Below are positions 25,257 through 33,978 of a DNA stretch of 47,678 bases, piece by piece. Below the pieces are notes generated by a model, which ran no database searches, was not told the DNA's origin, and saw nothing but the letters and a program-made list of their open reading frames with translations. Each line of letters begins with the position of its first letter. The stretch's first letter is position 1. This DNA comes from Escherichia phage Lambda_ev058. The translations under genes were made by a program, and so were the position numbers. The stretch lies in the sequence record LR597651; one strand, written 5' to 3'.

Positions 25257-25557
25257 ACTTTGAGGCCCAAAACAGGGATTAGGTTGTTTCCTGCTGGCGA
25301 CGCGTTATTGAGGAAAAAAGTAAGGCAGCTAGTAGGCTTTGAAATAACGTTTTGCGGTTGGCTGATGCAATTTCGAGAGTGCATGTATTGAATGATTTCT
25401 AGCCGTTACTGATTTTCGTATTTTTTGTATGGGAGGATTTGCACCTCCCCCCACCGAGCCTCCATGACTTTACTCCACTGTCTCTAGGGCTGCTGTGTGC
25501 CAGGAGCGGAAGCAGGGGGGGCCAGAGACTCCTTAAAAGTTGATAGCTCGTTTTGCA

Positions 25558-25650
25558 GGGAGACTTACACGGTAAGCGTTATTCCGAAGAGCTTAAAATT
25601 GAAGCAGTCAAACGGGTTGTTGAGCGTGTTTATGCGCTGCCATCTGATTA
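25558..25650 (+). pseudogene. IS3-family transposase OrfA N-terminal remnant
   Basis: Short frame translating to GDLHGKRYSEELKIEAVKRVVERVYALPSD-stop. The KRYSEEhKhEAVK motif is typical of IS3-family OrfA N-termini; there is no start codon or full-length ORF. Confidence 0.3.
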
Positions 25651-25847
25651 ATCGACGGAAGCAGTTCCGTTTGGTCTATGATGCAGTTGTCCGGCAGGCG
25701 CTCTGTGACGCAAAAGAACGATAGGAGTAGCATTGAAGTGAACGAGGTTATGCTTGTCTTATATTATCCTCTATTTTAAAAACATCAGCTGGTTGTGTAA
25801 GAGTTTTTATTGTTTTATCTTGTTGACTTTGCTTTTATGAAAACAGA

Positions 25848-26618
25848 GTGATTGATACAATGAAAACCTTAAGTGGGAAAGAGTTTAGGAAATTATTTAA
25901 TCGTTATGAGACAGGATTCTATCTAAGTGAGTTTGAATACTTAAAGGACTTTGATCCTTTGTTTCCTGAATGCGTAGGGAAAGAATTAAAGTTGGGTTAT
26001 AAACGAAAAGTTGATGTATGGTGCGAAGAGGATGCTGCGCTATATGCAGAATTTATAGCTACAAAAGAAAGGCTGAAAAGAGGCCGGTTAATCCTAAAAA
26101 TAAACCAAGTGTGGTCGCGTGTATATCCTGCTTATATTTATGCAATTGAAGAAAGAATAAATGTCAGGGCAAAGGGGAGAGAGTCATTTAAGTATGAAAC
26201 TGTGCAAGAAAAACAATGTAAACTTTCCATAATGTTAGATGGTCTGAAAGACCTTGAATGTGAAATAGCTATGATTTCAAGTGAGTTTGAAATTGAAAAA
26301 CACTCTATGCACTATTTTTATATGATTTTTGATATTGAACGCTATATAAATGACTGCAGTTACTTTGTTTTTTCTGCTGCTAAAGTTGTTAAAGGCGTGA
26401 TTCAATGCATTGGTTACATTGACAAAAATAACAAAGCAAGTTGCGATGAATTTTATTCAGGCAGCTATGAATGCTTGGATGATGATCAGGAAACACTGAA
26501 CTATTTAAATGAATCATGCGCAGAGGGTATAGACGCTGATAAAGATCTCATCAGGAAGAATGAGTTATTAGCCTTATCCCTGAAGGAATTGTATCAACTT
26601 CTCGTTTCAAAAAAATAA
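25848..26618 (+). CDS. hypothetical protein, AT-rich accessory gene
   Basis: 256-aa ORF with strongly AT-biased codons, unlike the neighbouring phage genes; no recognised domain. Lies in the variable b-region between the sit operon and attP. Confidence 0.6.
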   Translation: MIDTMKTLSGKEFRKLFNRYETGFYLSEFEYLKDFDPLFPECVGKELKLGYKRKVDVWCEEDAALYAEFIATKERLKRGRLILKINQVWSRVYPAYIYAIEERINVRAKGRESFKYETVQEKQCKLSIMLDGLKDLECEIAMISSEFEIEKHSMHYFYMIFDIERYINDCSYFVFSAAKVVKGVIQCIGYIDKNNKASCDEFYSGSYECLDDDQETLNYLNESCAEGIDADKDLIRKNELLALSLKELYQLLVSKK

Positions 26619-27084
26619 CAAGTAATACGGCGAGCGATATGACGTGCCATGGGATATCCGCACCCAGCAGCATGTTGTCTCCACGATGTCCGCAGTTCGC
26701 TCATAATAGACATTCACTACAGTTATAGTAGAAGGTATGCATGCTGCTGAGTGGGGAAAGTGTGAAAGAAAAGAAGACAGCTGCTTTGTTTGTCGTCACG
26801 TTTATCTTCATTGGCTATGCAAGTCGTAATACAAGGCGGGACAAAACTGAGACACATAAGGCCTCGCAATGGCTTGCAAGGCCACACATGTATTGAGATG
26901 TTAATAAAATGTAGACTTGTAATTTTGATATAAATGGTAGAGAAAATCTTTCCCCAAAATAAAAACGAACGTCAATGAAATCAAACGGTTGAATAAAGTT
27001 GATTTTGGCTAATACAAAGACAAGAAAATAATATTTATGATTAAATATCAGCGAGTTGAATACATAATTTTTATATACTGTTAC

Positions 27085-27242
27085 GCCATATGGGCTGGAC
27101 TGAAGCCGCAGACCTGATTGTTAAAGGTATGGAAGGCGCAATCAACGCCAAGACTGTAACCTATGACTTCGAACGTCTGATGGAAGGCGCTAAATTGCTG
27201 AAATGTAGCGAGTTTGGCGACGCGATCATCAAGAACATGTAA
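27085..27242 (+). other. icd: phage-borne copy of the 3' end of icd (attP core region)
   Basis: Reading frame ends ...[52 protein letters not shown]-stop, i.e. the C-terminus of isocitrate dehydrogenase. Phage 21 and e14 integrate at the icd 3' end and carry a replacement copy (established). Confidence 0.8.
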
Positions 27243-27265
27243 TCACTACATGTGTTAAATATTTA

Positions 27266-27294
27266 AACGGGCGTGTTATACGCCCGTTGTTTTA
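27266..27294 (+). terminator. intrinsic terminator after the icd fragment
   Basis: Direct: AACGGGCG-loop-CGCCCGTT stem followed by GTTTTAT. Confidence 0.6.
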
Positions 27295-27309
27295 TGATGA
27301 TGTAAAATC

Positions 27310-27345
27310 TTCCCCAAAACTTTCCCCAAAACCCTTCCCCAAAAC
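27310..27345. repeat. three tandem TTCCCCAAAAC repeats, candidate integrase arm-type sites
   Basis: Direct: TTCCCCAAAAC at 27310-27320, 27322-27332 and 27335-27345, abutting the int 3' end; a fourth copy at 26949-26959 lies on the other side of the icd core. Confidence 0.6.
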
Positions 27346-27355
27346 TGGCTATTTT

Positions 27356-28498
27356 CTATGCTGTTTTGATATCTACGATAACCCAGTCTTTACCACGATC
27401 ATCATTGTATCGGTCGGTCATTTTTCTGGATTTATGGCCTAACAACTTTTGCGTATCCAGACCCTGTTCCCGATATAACCGTTCTGACAGAGATCGCTGC
27501 TCATGAAATGTGGGCGCAGTTCCTTGCTCCCATTTTATGCCACATTTTTCCCTGGCCTTTTTAAAAGCCGTTGTCAGAGTATTTGCAGAAACCTGGTCTC
27601 CTCTGTTTGCTTGAGAGGTAGTGTGACGGTAATGGACCAGATATTTACTAACAACAGCATCCCTGCACTGAGATATAACTTCACGAAGGGTAATATTCAG
27701 AGCATCGCATTTCAGGTTAAGCGGAATAGCAAGTTTTGAACCGGTTTTTTCCTGAGTAATGTGCAACATGTCGTCCCAGATATCAGAGAATTTCAAATTG
27801 CAGATATCACCTAAACGTTGTCCAGTAACAAGAGCAAGTAGCATGCCGCATTTTAAATAGGGCTGCCGTCTGCTTACGCTTTCAAATATTGCCTGCCATT
27901 CGGGCAGTGACAATCTTTGGCGGTTTACTCGATTTCGCGGTTGTTTTGTTGCCTGCGCTGGGTTAAATCCTGGCGGAACATGTCCTGCGTGTTGTGCTTC
28001 TTTGAAGACGTCGATCAACACCATTCTCACGACTTGCGCCATCCTGTTATGACCTTCAGCCTTTACAGCATCAATTATTTCGGCAATATCAAGTGCGGTA
28101 ATATCCTTGAGGTGTTGCATTCCACAATGCTCACGGAAAAGACGAATGGGTTTGCCTTTTTGCCGATAGGAGTTGGGTCTTAGTTCATTATGTTGCAGCC
28201 TGTCCTCCTGGATAGAAATATATTTATCAAGCCATTCTGTCACCGTAATTTCTGAGCGCCTGCCTTTCATTCTTTCCAGACGCTCATTGACGCTTAATAT
28301 TTGTCGGGTACGTTGTTCAGCAATAATGGTATTTGCTTCAGTAGCAACTTGTTTTGCTTCATTCTCATCAGTTCCTAAGCTATGAAAACGACCGGATAGT
28401 GGATGTTTGTATTGCCAATATACCTTTCCGGTTCGCTTATCTAATTTGCAATATAAATTGGGTATAGAGATTTTGTGAGATCGGGGTCTAGCAGCCAT
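27356..28498 (-). CDS. int: tyrosine integrase (lambda Int family, icd-targeting type)
   Basis: 380-aa ORF; C-terminus ...LLGHKSRKMTDRYNDDRGKDW resembles the lambda Int catalytic tail (LGHKS...Y..DDRG). Adjacent to xis and attP. Confidence 0.9.
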   Translation of the reverse strand: MAARPRSHKISIPNLYCKLDKRTGKVYWQYKHPLSGRFHSLGTDENEAKQVATEANTIIAEQRTRQILSVNERLERMKGRRSEITVTEWLDKYISIQEDRLQHNELRPNSYRQKGKPIRLFREHCGMQHLKDITALDIAEIIDAVKAEGHNRMAQVVRMVLIDVFKEAQHAGHVPPGFNPAQATKQPRNRVNRQRLSLPEWQAIFESVSRRQPYLKCGMLLALVTGQRLGDICNLKFSDIWDDMLHITQEKTGSKLAIPLNLKCDALNITLREVISQCRDAVVSKYLVHYRHTTSQANRGDQVSANTLTTAFKKAREKCGIKWEQGTAPTFHEQRSLSERLYREQGLDTQKLLGHKSRKMTDRYNDDRGKDWVIVDIKTA

Positions 28499-28724
28499 CA
28501 GCGATTATCCGTTGGAGTTTTGGGTTTGCGTTTATTGGGAGTTGCGGTTCTGCAAGCGTTCCTACAAAACGGGAATTTCGGTCAATCATCCAGTAGCGAC
28601 CAACTTTTATAGCGGGTGGGGCCATCATTTTCCCTTGCGCGTATTTTTTCAGAACTCGCTCACTTGGTGCTAAGTCCCCAAATTCTTCTTTAGCCCAGTC
28701 CTGTAAAGTGATTAGTCGAGACAT
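28488..28724 (-). CDS. xis: excisionase
   Basis: 78-aa ORF overlapping the int start; small basic winged-helix-type protein in the canonical position. Confidence 0.7.
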   Translation of the reverse strand: MSRLITLQDWAKEEFGDLAPSERVLKKYAQGKMMAPPAIKVGRYWMIDRNSRFVGTLAEPQLPINANPKLQRIIADGC

Positions 28725-28863
28725 TTGTCCTCCTCTTAGCTGCTGAGGGAGTTTGTGACCGATATATCTGACATGATATTAAGCTCATGGCAGGTACATC
28801 TCTTGACTGGTCATAGAGATAAATTTAATGCTGAGAAATGCAGTATTGAATTTATCAATTTTT

Positions 28864-29103
28864 CTATTTCCTGCGTATGGCACGTAACTTCTTAATGTGT
28901 TCTGCCGTTTCGATCTCTTCTGCTATCCGATCTGCATCAGCTTTATTCACAGGTTCAAAGTCATGATTAAAGCGGAACATGCTGGCGATACATGTTCTGC
29001 CTTTTCGGATGTAGTGAACTTTGTTGTAGGTAGAACGCAGGATTTTGCAGGGAGTGCCGTGGTGGTCGACGTACCAGGTGTTAGGAAAAATGATTCTGAG
29101 CAT
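28864..29103 (-). CDS. hypothetical protein
   Basis: 79-aa ORF in the int-exo accessory interval; no recognised homology. Confidence 0.45.
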   Translation of the reverse strand: MLRIIFPNTWYVDHHGTPCKILRSTYNKVHYIRKGRTCIASMFRFNHDFEPVNKADADRIAEEIETAEHIKKLRAIRRK

Positions 29104-29150
29104 TTTTACACCTCAGTTGGACGATGTTGAAATTTGCTGCTTTGAGGCCA

Positions 29151-29369
29151 TCACAATCCCCATTGTTTGTTCTTAAGTTCGATCTCCTCCTGGCAACTTG
29201 CACAAGTCCGACAACCCTGAACGACCAGGCGTCTTCGCTCATCTATCGGATCGCCACACTCACAACAATGAGTGGCAGATACAGTCTGGTAGTTCAGACG
29301 ACGCATTTTTATTGCTGTATTGCGCTGTAATTCTTCGATTTCTGATGCTGAATCAATGATGTCTGCCAT
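29151..29369 (-). CDS. TraR/DksA-family C4 zinc-finger protein
   Basis: 72-aa ORF with a CxxC-x17-CxxC motif (CECGDPIDERRRLVVQGCRTCASC), typical of phage TraR-like proteins. Confidence 0.6.
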   Translation of the reverse strand: MADIIDSASEIEELQRNTAIKMRRLNYQTVSATHCCECGDPIDERRRLVVQGCRTCASCQEEIELKNKQWGL

Positions 29370-29467
29370 CTTCCATTAATCCCTGAATTGTTGGTTAATA
29401 CGCTTGAGGGTGAATGCGAATAATAAAAAAGGAGCCTGTAGCTCCCTGATGATTTTGCTTTTCATGT

Positions 29468-29767
29468 TCATCGCTCCTTAAAGACGCCGTTTAACATGCC
29501 GATCGCCAGGCTTAAATGAGTCGGTGTGAATCCCATCAGCGTTACCGTTTCGCGGTGCTTCTTCAGTACGCTACGGCAAATGTCATCGACGTTTTTATCC
29601 GGAAACTGCTGTCTGGCTTTTTTGATTTCAGAGTTAGCTTGACGGGCAATGCTGCGAAGGGCGTTTTTCTGCTGAGGTGTCACTGAACAAGCCCCATGCC
29701 GGAAAGCATAAGCACACAGAATATGAAGCCCGCCGCCAGAAAAATGCATTCTGTTGTTGTCATGCAA
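29468..29767 (-). CDS. hypothetical protein
   Basis: 99-aa ORF, tightly packed in the leftward early operon. Confidence 0.45.
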   Translation of the reverse strand: MHDNNRMHFSGGGLHILCAYAFRHGACSVTPQQKNALRSIARQANSEIKKARQQFPDKNVDDICRSVLKKHRETVTLMGFTPTHLSLAIGMLNGVFKER

Positions 29768-29951
29768 GCTCTCTCTCGTTTGCCTCTGCTTTCGCCGCCA
29801 TCATTTCCAGCTTTTGTGAAAGGGATGCGGCTAACGTATGAAATTCTTCGTCTGTTTCTGCTGGTATTGGCACAAACCTGACTCCAATTTGAGCAAGGCT
29901 ATGTGCCATCTCAATGCTCGTTCTTAACTCAACAGGAGATGCTTTGTGCAT
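29760..29951 (-). CDS. hypothetical protein (lambda orf60a-like position)
   Basis: 63-aa ORF at the position equivalent to a lambda small ORF upstream of exo (constant offset from lambda coordinates through this block). Confidence 0.45.
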   Translation of the reverse strand: MHKASPVELRTSIEMAHSLAQIGVRFVPIPAETDEEFHTLAASLSQKLEMMAAKAEANERELA

Positions 29952-30112
29952 ACAGCCCCTCGTTTATTATTTATCTCCTCAGCCAGCCGCTGGGCTTTCA
30001 GTGGATTTTGGATAACAGAAAGGCCGGGAAATACCCAGCCTCGCTTTGTAACGGAGTAGACGAAAGTGATCGCGCCTACCCGGATATTATCGTGAGGATG
30101 CGTCATCGCCAT
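29924..30112 (-). CDS. hypothetical protein (lambda orf63-like position)
   Basis: 62-aa ORF immediately downstream of exo on the same strand. Confidence 0.45.
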   Translation of the reverse strand: MAMTHPHDNIRVGAITFVYSVTKRGWVFPGLSVIQNPLKAQRLAEEINNKRGAVCTKHLLLS

Positions 30113-30783
30113 TGCTCCCCAAATACAAAACCAATTTCAGCCAGTGCCTCGTCCATTTTTTCGATGAACTCCGGCACCATCTCGTCAAAACTCGCCATGT
30201 ACTTTTCATCCCGCTCAACCACGACATAATGCAGTCCTTCACGCTTCATACGCGGGTCATAGTTGGCAAAGTACCAGGCATCTTTTCGTGTCACCCACAT
30301 GCTGTACTGCACCTGGGCCATGTAAGCCGACTTTATGGCCTCGAAACCACCGAGCCGGAACTTCATGAAATCCCGGGAGGTAAACGGGCATTTCAGCTCA
30401 AGGCCATTGCCGTCACTGCATAAACCATCGGGAGAGCAGGCGGTGCGCATACTTTCGTCGCGATAGATGATCGGGGATTCAGTAACATTCACGCCGGAAG
30501 TGAATTCAAACAGAGTTCTGGCGTCGTTCTCGTACTGTTTTCCCCAGGCCAGCGCCTTAGCATTAACTTCCGGAGCCACACCGGTGCAAACCTCAGCCAG
30601 CAGGGTGTGGAAGTAGGACATTTTCATGTCAGGCCACTTCTTTCCTGAGCGGGGCTTTGCTATCACGTTGTGAACTTGTGAAGCGGTGATGACGCCGAGC
30701 CGTAATTTGTGCCACGCATCATCTCCCTGCTCGATAGCTCTCACGTCGATCCCGGTACGCTGCAGGATAATGTCCGGTGTCAT
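30103..30783 (-). CDS. exo: exonuclease (Red-alpha)
   Basis: 226-aa ORF matching lambda Exo as recalled ([16 protein letters not shown]...FVFGEQWR). Confidence 0.95.
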   Translation of the reverse strand: MTPDIILQRTGIDVRAIEQGDDAWHKLRLGVITASQVHNVIAKPRSGKKWPDMKMSYFHTLLAEVCTGVAPEVNAKALAWGKQYENDARTLFEFTSGVNVTESPIIYRDESMRTACSPDGLCSDGNGLELKCPFTSRDFMKFRLGGFEAIKSAYMAQVQYSMWVTRKDAWYFANYDPRMKREGLHYVVVERDEKYMASFDEMVPEFIEKMDEALAEIGFVFGEQWR

Positions 30784-31565
30784 GCTGCCACCTTCTGTTC
30801 AGTGGCTTTTTGTTTCAGGAATCCAAGAGCTTTCACTGCTTCGTCCTGTGTCAGTTCTGACGATGCACGAATGTCGCGGCGAAATATCTGGGAACAGAGC
30901 GGCAATAAGTCGTCATCCCATGTTTTATCCAGGGCGATCAGCAGAGTGTTAATCTCCTGCATGGTTTCATCGTTAACCGGAGTGATGTCGCGTTCCGGCT
31001 GACGTTCTGCAGTGTATGCGGTATTTTCGACAATGCGCTCGGCTTCATCCTTGTCATAGATACCAGCAAATCCGAAGGCGAGACGGGCACACTGAATCAT
31101 GGCTTTATGCCGTAACATCCGTTTGGGATGCGACTGCCACGGCCCCGTGATTTCTCTGCCTTCGCGAGTTTTGAATGGTTCGCGGCGGCATTCATCCATC
31201 CATTCGGTAACGCAGATCGGATGATTACGGTCCTTGCGGTAAATCCGGCATGTACAGGATTCATTGTCCTGCTCAAAGTCCATGCCATCAAACTGCTGGT
31301 TTTCATTGATGATGCGGGACCAGCCATCAACGCCCACCACCGGAACGATGCCGTTCTGCTTATCAGGGAAGGCGTAAATTTCTTTCGTCCACGGATTAAG
31401 GCCGTACTGGTTGGCGACGATCAACAATGCGATGAACTGCGCATCGCTGGCATCACCTTTAAATGCCGTCTGGCGAAGAGTGGTGATCAGTTCCTGTGGG
31501 TCGACAGAATCCATGCCGACACGTTCAGCCAGCTTCCCTGCCAGCGTTGCGAGTGCTGTACTCAT
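30780..31565 (-). CDS. bet: recombination protein Bet (Red-beta)
   Basis: 261-aa ORF matching lambda Bet as recalled ([26 protein letters not shown]...). Confidence 0.95.
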   Translation of the reverse strand: MSTALATLAGKLAERVGMDSVDPQELITTLRQTAFKGDASDAQFIALLIVANQYGLNPWTKEIYAFPDKQNGIVPVVGVDGWSRIINENQQFDGMDFEQDNESCTCRIYRKDRNHPICVTEWMDECRREPFKTREGREITGPWQSHPKRMLRHKAMIQCARLAFGFAGIYDKDEAERIVENTAYTAERQPERDITPVNDETMQEINTLLIALDKTWDDDLLPLCSQIFRRDIRASSELTQDEAVKALGFLKQKATEQKVAA

Positions 31566-31570
31566 CCGTT

Positions 31571-31987
31571 TTATACCTCTGAATCAATATCAACCTGGTG
31601 GTGAGCAATGGTTTCAACCATGTACCGGATGTGTTCTGCCATGCGCTCCTGAAACTCAACATCGTCATCAAACGCACGGGTAATGGCTTTTTTGCTGGCC
31701 CCGTGGCGTTGCAAATGATCGATGCATAGCGATTCAAACAGGTGCTGGGGCAGGCCTTTTTCCATGTCGTCTGCCAGTTCTGCCTCTTTCTCTTCACGGG
31801 CGATCTGCTGGTAGTGACGCGCCCAGCTCTGAGCCTCAAGACGATCCTGAATGTAATAAGCGTTCATGGCTGAACTCCTGAAATAGCTGTGAAAATATCG
31901 CCCGCGAAATGCCGGGCTGATTAGGAAAACAGGAAAGGGGGTTAGTGAATGCTTTTGCTTGATCTCAGTTTCAGTATTAATATCCAT
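31571..31987 (-). CDS. gam: host nuclease inhibitor Gam
   Basis: 138-aa ORF matching lambda Gam as recalled ([32 protein letters not shown]...). Confidence 0.95.
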   Translation of the reverse strand: MDINTETEIKQKHSLTPFPVFLISPAFRGRYFHSYFRSSAMNAYYIQDRLEAQSWARHYQQIAREEKEAELADDMEKGLPQHLFESLCIDHLQRHGASKKAITRAFDDDVEFQERMAEHIRYMVETIAHHQVDIDSEV

Positions 31988-32085
31988 TTTTTATAAGCGT
32001 CGACGGCCTCACGAAACATCTTTTCATCGCCAATAAAAGTGGCGATAGTGAATTTAGTCTGGATAGCCATAAGTGTTTGATCCAT
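31942..32085 (-). CDS. kil: host killing protein Kil
   Basis: 47-aa product from the internal ATG ([28 protein letters not shown]...) matching lambda Kil as recalled; overlaps gam and cIII as in lambda. Confidence 0.8.
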   Translation of the reverse strand: MDQTLMAIQTKFTIATFIGDEKMFREAVDAYKKWILILKLRSSKSIH

Positions 32086-32218
32086 TTTTTGGGACTCCTG
32101 GCTGATTAAGTATGTCGATAAGGCGTTTCCATCCGTCACGTAATTTACGGGTGATTCGTTCAAGTAAAGATTCGGAAGGGCAGCCAGCAACAGGCCACCC
32201 TGCAATGGCATATTGCAT
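32054..32218 (-). CDS. cIII: CIII, FtsH inhibitor that stabilises CII
   Basis: 54-aa ORF below the track cut-off; translated by hand as [54 protein letters not shown], matching lambda CIII as recalled. Confidence 0.85.
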   Translation of the reverse strand: MQYAIAGWPVAGCPSESLLERITRKLRDGWKRLIDILNQPGVPKNGSNTYGYPD

Positions 32219-32290
32219 GGTGTGCTCCTTATTTATACATAACGAAAAACGCCTCGAGTGAAGCGTTATTGGTATGCGGTAACGCCGCGC

Positions 32291-32659
32291 TCAGGCGGCT
32301 TTGATAGTCATATCATCTGAATCAAATATTCCTGATGTATCGATATCGGTAATTCTTATTCCTTCGCTACCATCCATTGGAGGCCATCCTTCCTGACCAT
32401 TTCCATCATTCCAGTCGAACTCACACACAACACCATATGCATTTAAGTCGCTTGAAATTGCTATAAGCAGAGCATGTTGCGCCAGCATGATTAATACAGC
32501 ATTTAATACAGAGCCGTGTTTATTGAGTCGGTATTCAGAGTCTGACCAGAAATTATTAATCTGGTGAAGTTTTTCCTCTGTCATTACGTCATGGTCGATT
32601 TCAATTTCTATTGATGCTTTCCAGTCGTAATCAATGATGTATTTTTTGATGTTTGACAT
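32291..32659 (-). CDS. ea10: Ea10-like early protein
   Basis: 122-aa ORF at the lambda ea10-equivalent position and length. Confidence 0.55.
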   Translation of the reverse strand: MSNIKKYIIDYDWKASIEIEIDHDVMTEEKLHQINNFWSDSEYRLNKHGSVLNAVLIMLAQHALLIAISSDLNAYGVVCEFDWNDGNGQEGWPPMDGSEGIRITDIDTSGIFDSDDMTIKAA

Positions 32660-32919
32660 CTATTCATATCCTCACAGATAAAAAATCGCCCTCACATTGG
32701 AGGGCAAAGAAGATTTCCAATAATCAGAACAAGTCGGCTCCTGTTTAGTTACGAGCGACATTGCTCAGTGTATTCACTCGTTGGAATGAATACACAGTGC
32801 AGTGTTTATTAGTATGCCTGTCTTTTAACCACATCAGGCTCGGTGGTTCTCGTGTACCCCTACAGCGAGAAATCGGATAAACTCTATTCACCCCTACAGA
32901 GAGCAAAAGAGAAACGCCG

Positions 32920-33501
32920 ATGAACAACTCATGGTGGCAGGAACTAATGCATTTTTTCCTGCAAGGAATGACACTTAAACAGTTGATTCATATGCTAATC
33001 ATCCTGATCATATTGATTATTGTTATGCCTGTAAGCGTAAAAGAATGGATAAACCTGCATAATCCAGAAATCCTTCCTCATTACTGGATGTATTACATCC
33101 TGTTGTTTTGCGTTAGCTATGTGCTTAACGGCGTTGTTAATTCCGCTTATCACGCTGTGACTGTAAGAATTGAGATATTCGCTGCTCAGAAGCGCAAATC
33201 TAAAGAAGAGAAATACGTGCAAGATTTGTTTGATTCGTTAACTCTTGGAGAAAGAGCGTATTTGGCATTCGCTGTAGCCGCTAATAACCAGCTAAAGACA
33301 GAAAAGGGAAGCCCTGAAGCAATCTCATTGCTCGAAAAAGGGCTTCTTATTCGGGTACCTTCTGCTACTGGATATCCTGAAATCGACCGTTTTGTTATCC
33401 CGGAACGCTATAGAAATGAGTGCTACATTAGGTTTGCTGGGAAGAAAGACAGTCTTATGGATGAACTTATCGCTCAGGATAAGCATGGCAAAAACAAGTA
33501 A
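32920..33501 (+). CDS. sieB: superinfection exclusion protein SieB-like membrane protein
   Basis: 193-aa ORF on the strand opposite the pL operon, with N-terminal transmembrane helices (LIHMLIILIILIIVMPV, YWMYYILLFCVSYVLNG); sequence recalled as SieB-like. Own upstream region with repeats. Confidence 0.55.
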   Translation: MNNSWWQELMHFFLQGMTLKQLIHMLIILIILIIVMPVSVKEWINLHNPEILPHYWMYYILLFCVSYVLNGVVNSAYHAVTVRIEIFAAQKRKSKEEKYVQDLFDSLTLGERAYLAFAVAANNQLKTEKGSPEAISLLEKGLLIRVPSATGYPEIDRFVIPERYRNECYIRFAGKKDSLMDELIAQDKHGKNK

Positions 33502-33517
33502 TTAGCAAATGAATTTA

Positions 33518-33829
33518 TCATCTCGCCGTCAGTTGTTTTGATTTCCGGTAGCCTGCCGCGTAAATAGCTACGTTTGGCAGGCAAACACTTCCACTGCATT
33601 CATCTACTTTCTTGCAGCGAAGGCTTCCGAGTGATATTGCTTTTTCAGAAAGGCTTAACCGCTTTCTCGGGTCTTCCTGAACAGGTTCCTCACTGTCTGT
33701 GCCGAAGATCGAATCGATGATGTTGCAGATGGAATCACGCTCGATGGCCAGCTTTCTGCGCCGCTCATGACGGCGAGTTTTGGCATTTCCTGCAAATGTT
33801 GATTTTCCGTACACGATTACCGTCATGAT
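33518..33829 (-). CDS. N: N-type transcription antiterminator (P22 gene 24-like, arginine-rich motif)
   Basis: 103-aa product from MTVIVYGKSTFAGNAKTRRHERRRKLAIERD..., with an N-terminal arginine-rich RNA-binding motif. First gene downstream of nutL. Confidence 0.75.
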   Translation of the reverse strand: MMTVIVYGKSTFAGNAKTRRHERRRKLAIERDSICNIIDSIFGTDSEEPVQEDPRKRLSLSEKAISLGSLRCKKVDECSGSVCLPNVAIYAAGYRKSKQLTAR

Positions 33830-33944
33830 GTTTTCCTCATGTGAAATGGCTTTGGTGGTGATGCGCCAGATGCTGATCTTCTGGTTGCTGTCGTTACTGC
33901 TGCAATTCACATCACCCCAAACCCATCTCGTTTGGTATCTGTTC

Positions 33945-33978
33945 GCGCTTTGTCAGCGCATCATCGAAGTTAAAGAGC
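33945..33978 (-). promoter_or_regulatory. nutL: nutL (boxA plus boxB)
   Basis: Direct, on the minus strand: boxA GCTCTTTAAC (33969-33978), then boxB hairpin GCGCTGACAAAGCGC (33945-33959), which is the P22-type boxB-left sequence as recalled. Confidence 0.75.

Noticed and set aside
26640-27360. Interpretation as an integrated prophage with a host icd gene at the boundary
   Set aside because: Only the last ~160 bp of icd are present, embedded between phage b-region DNA and int, with phage genes on both sides. This is the phage-borne attP copy, not a host junction.
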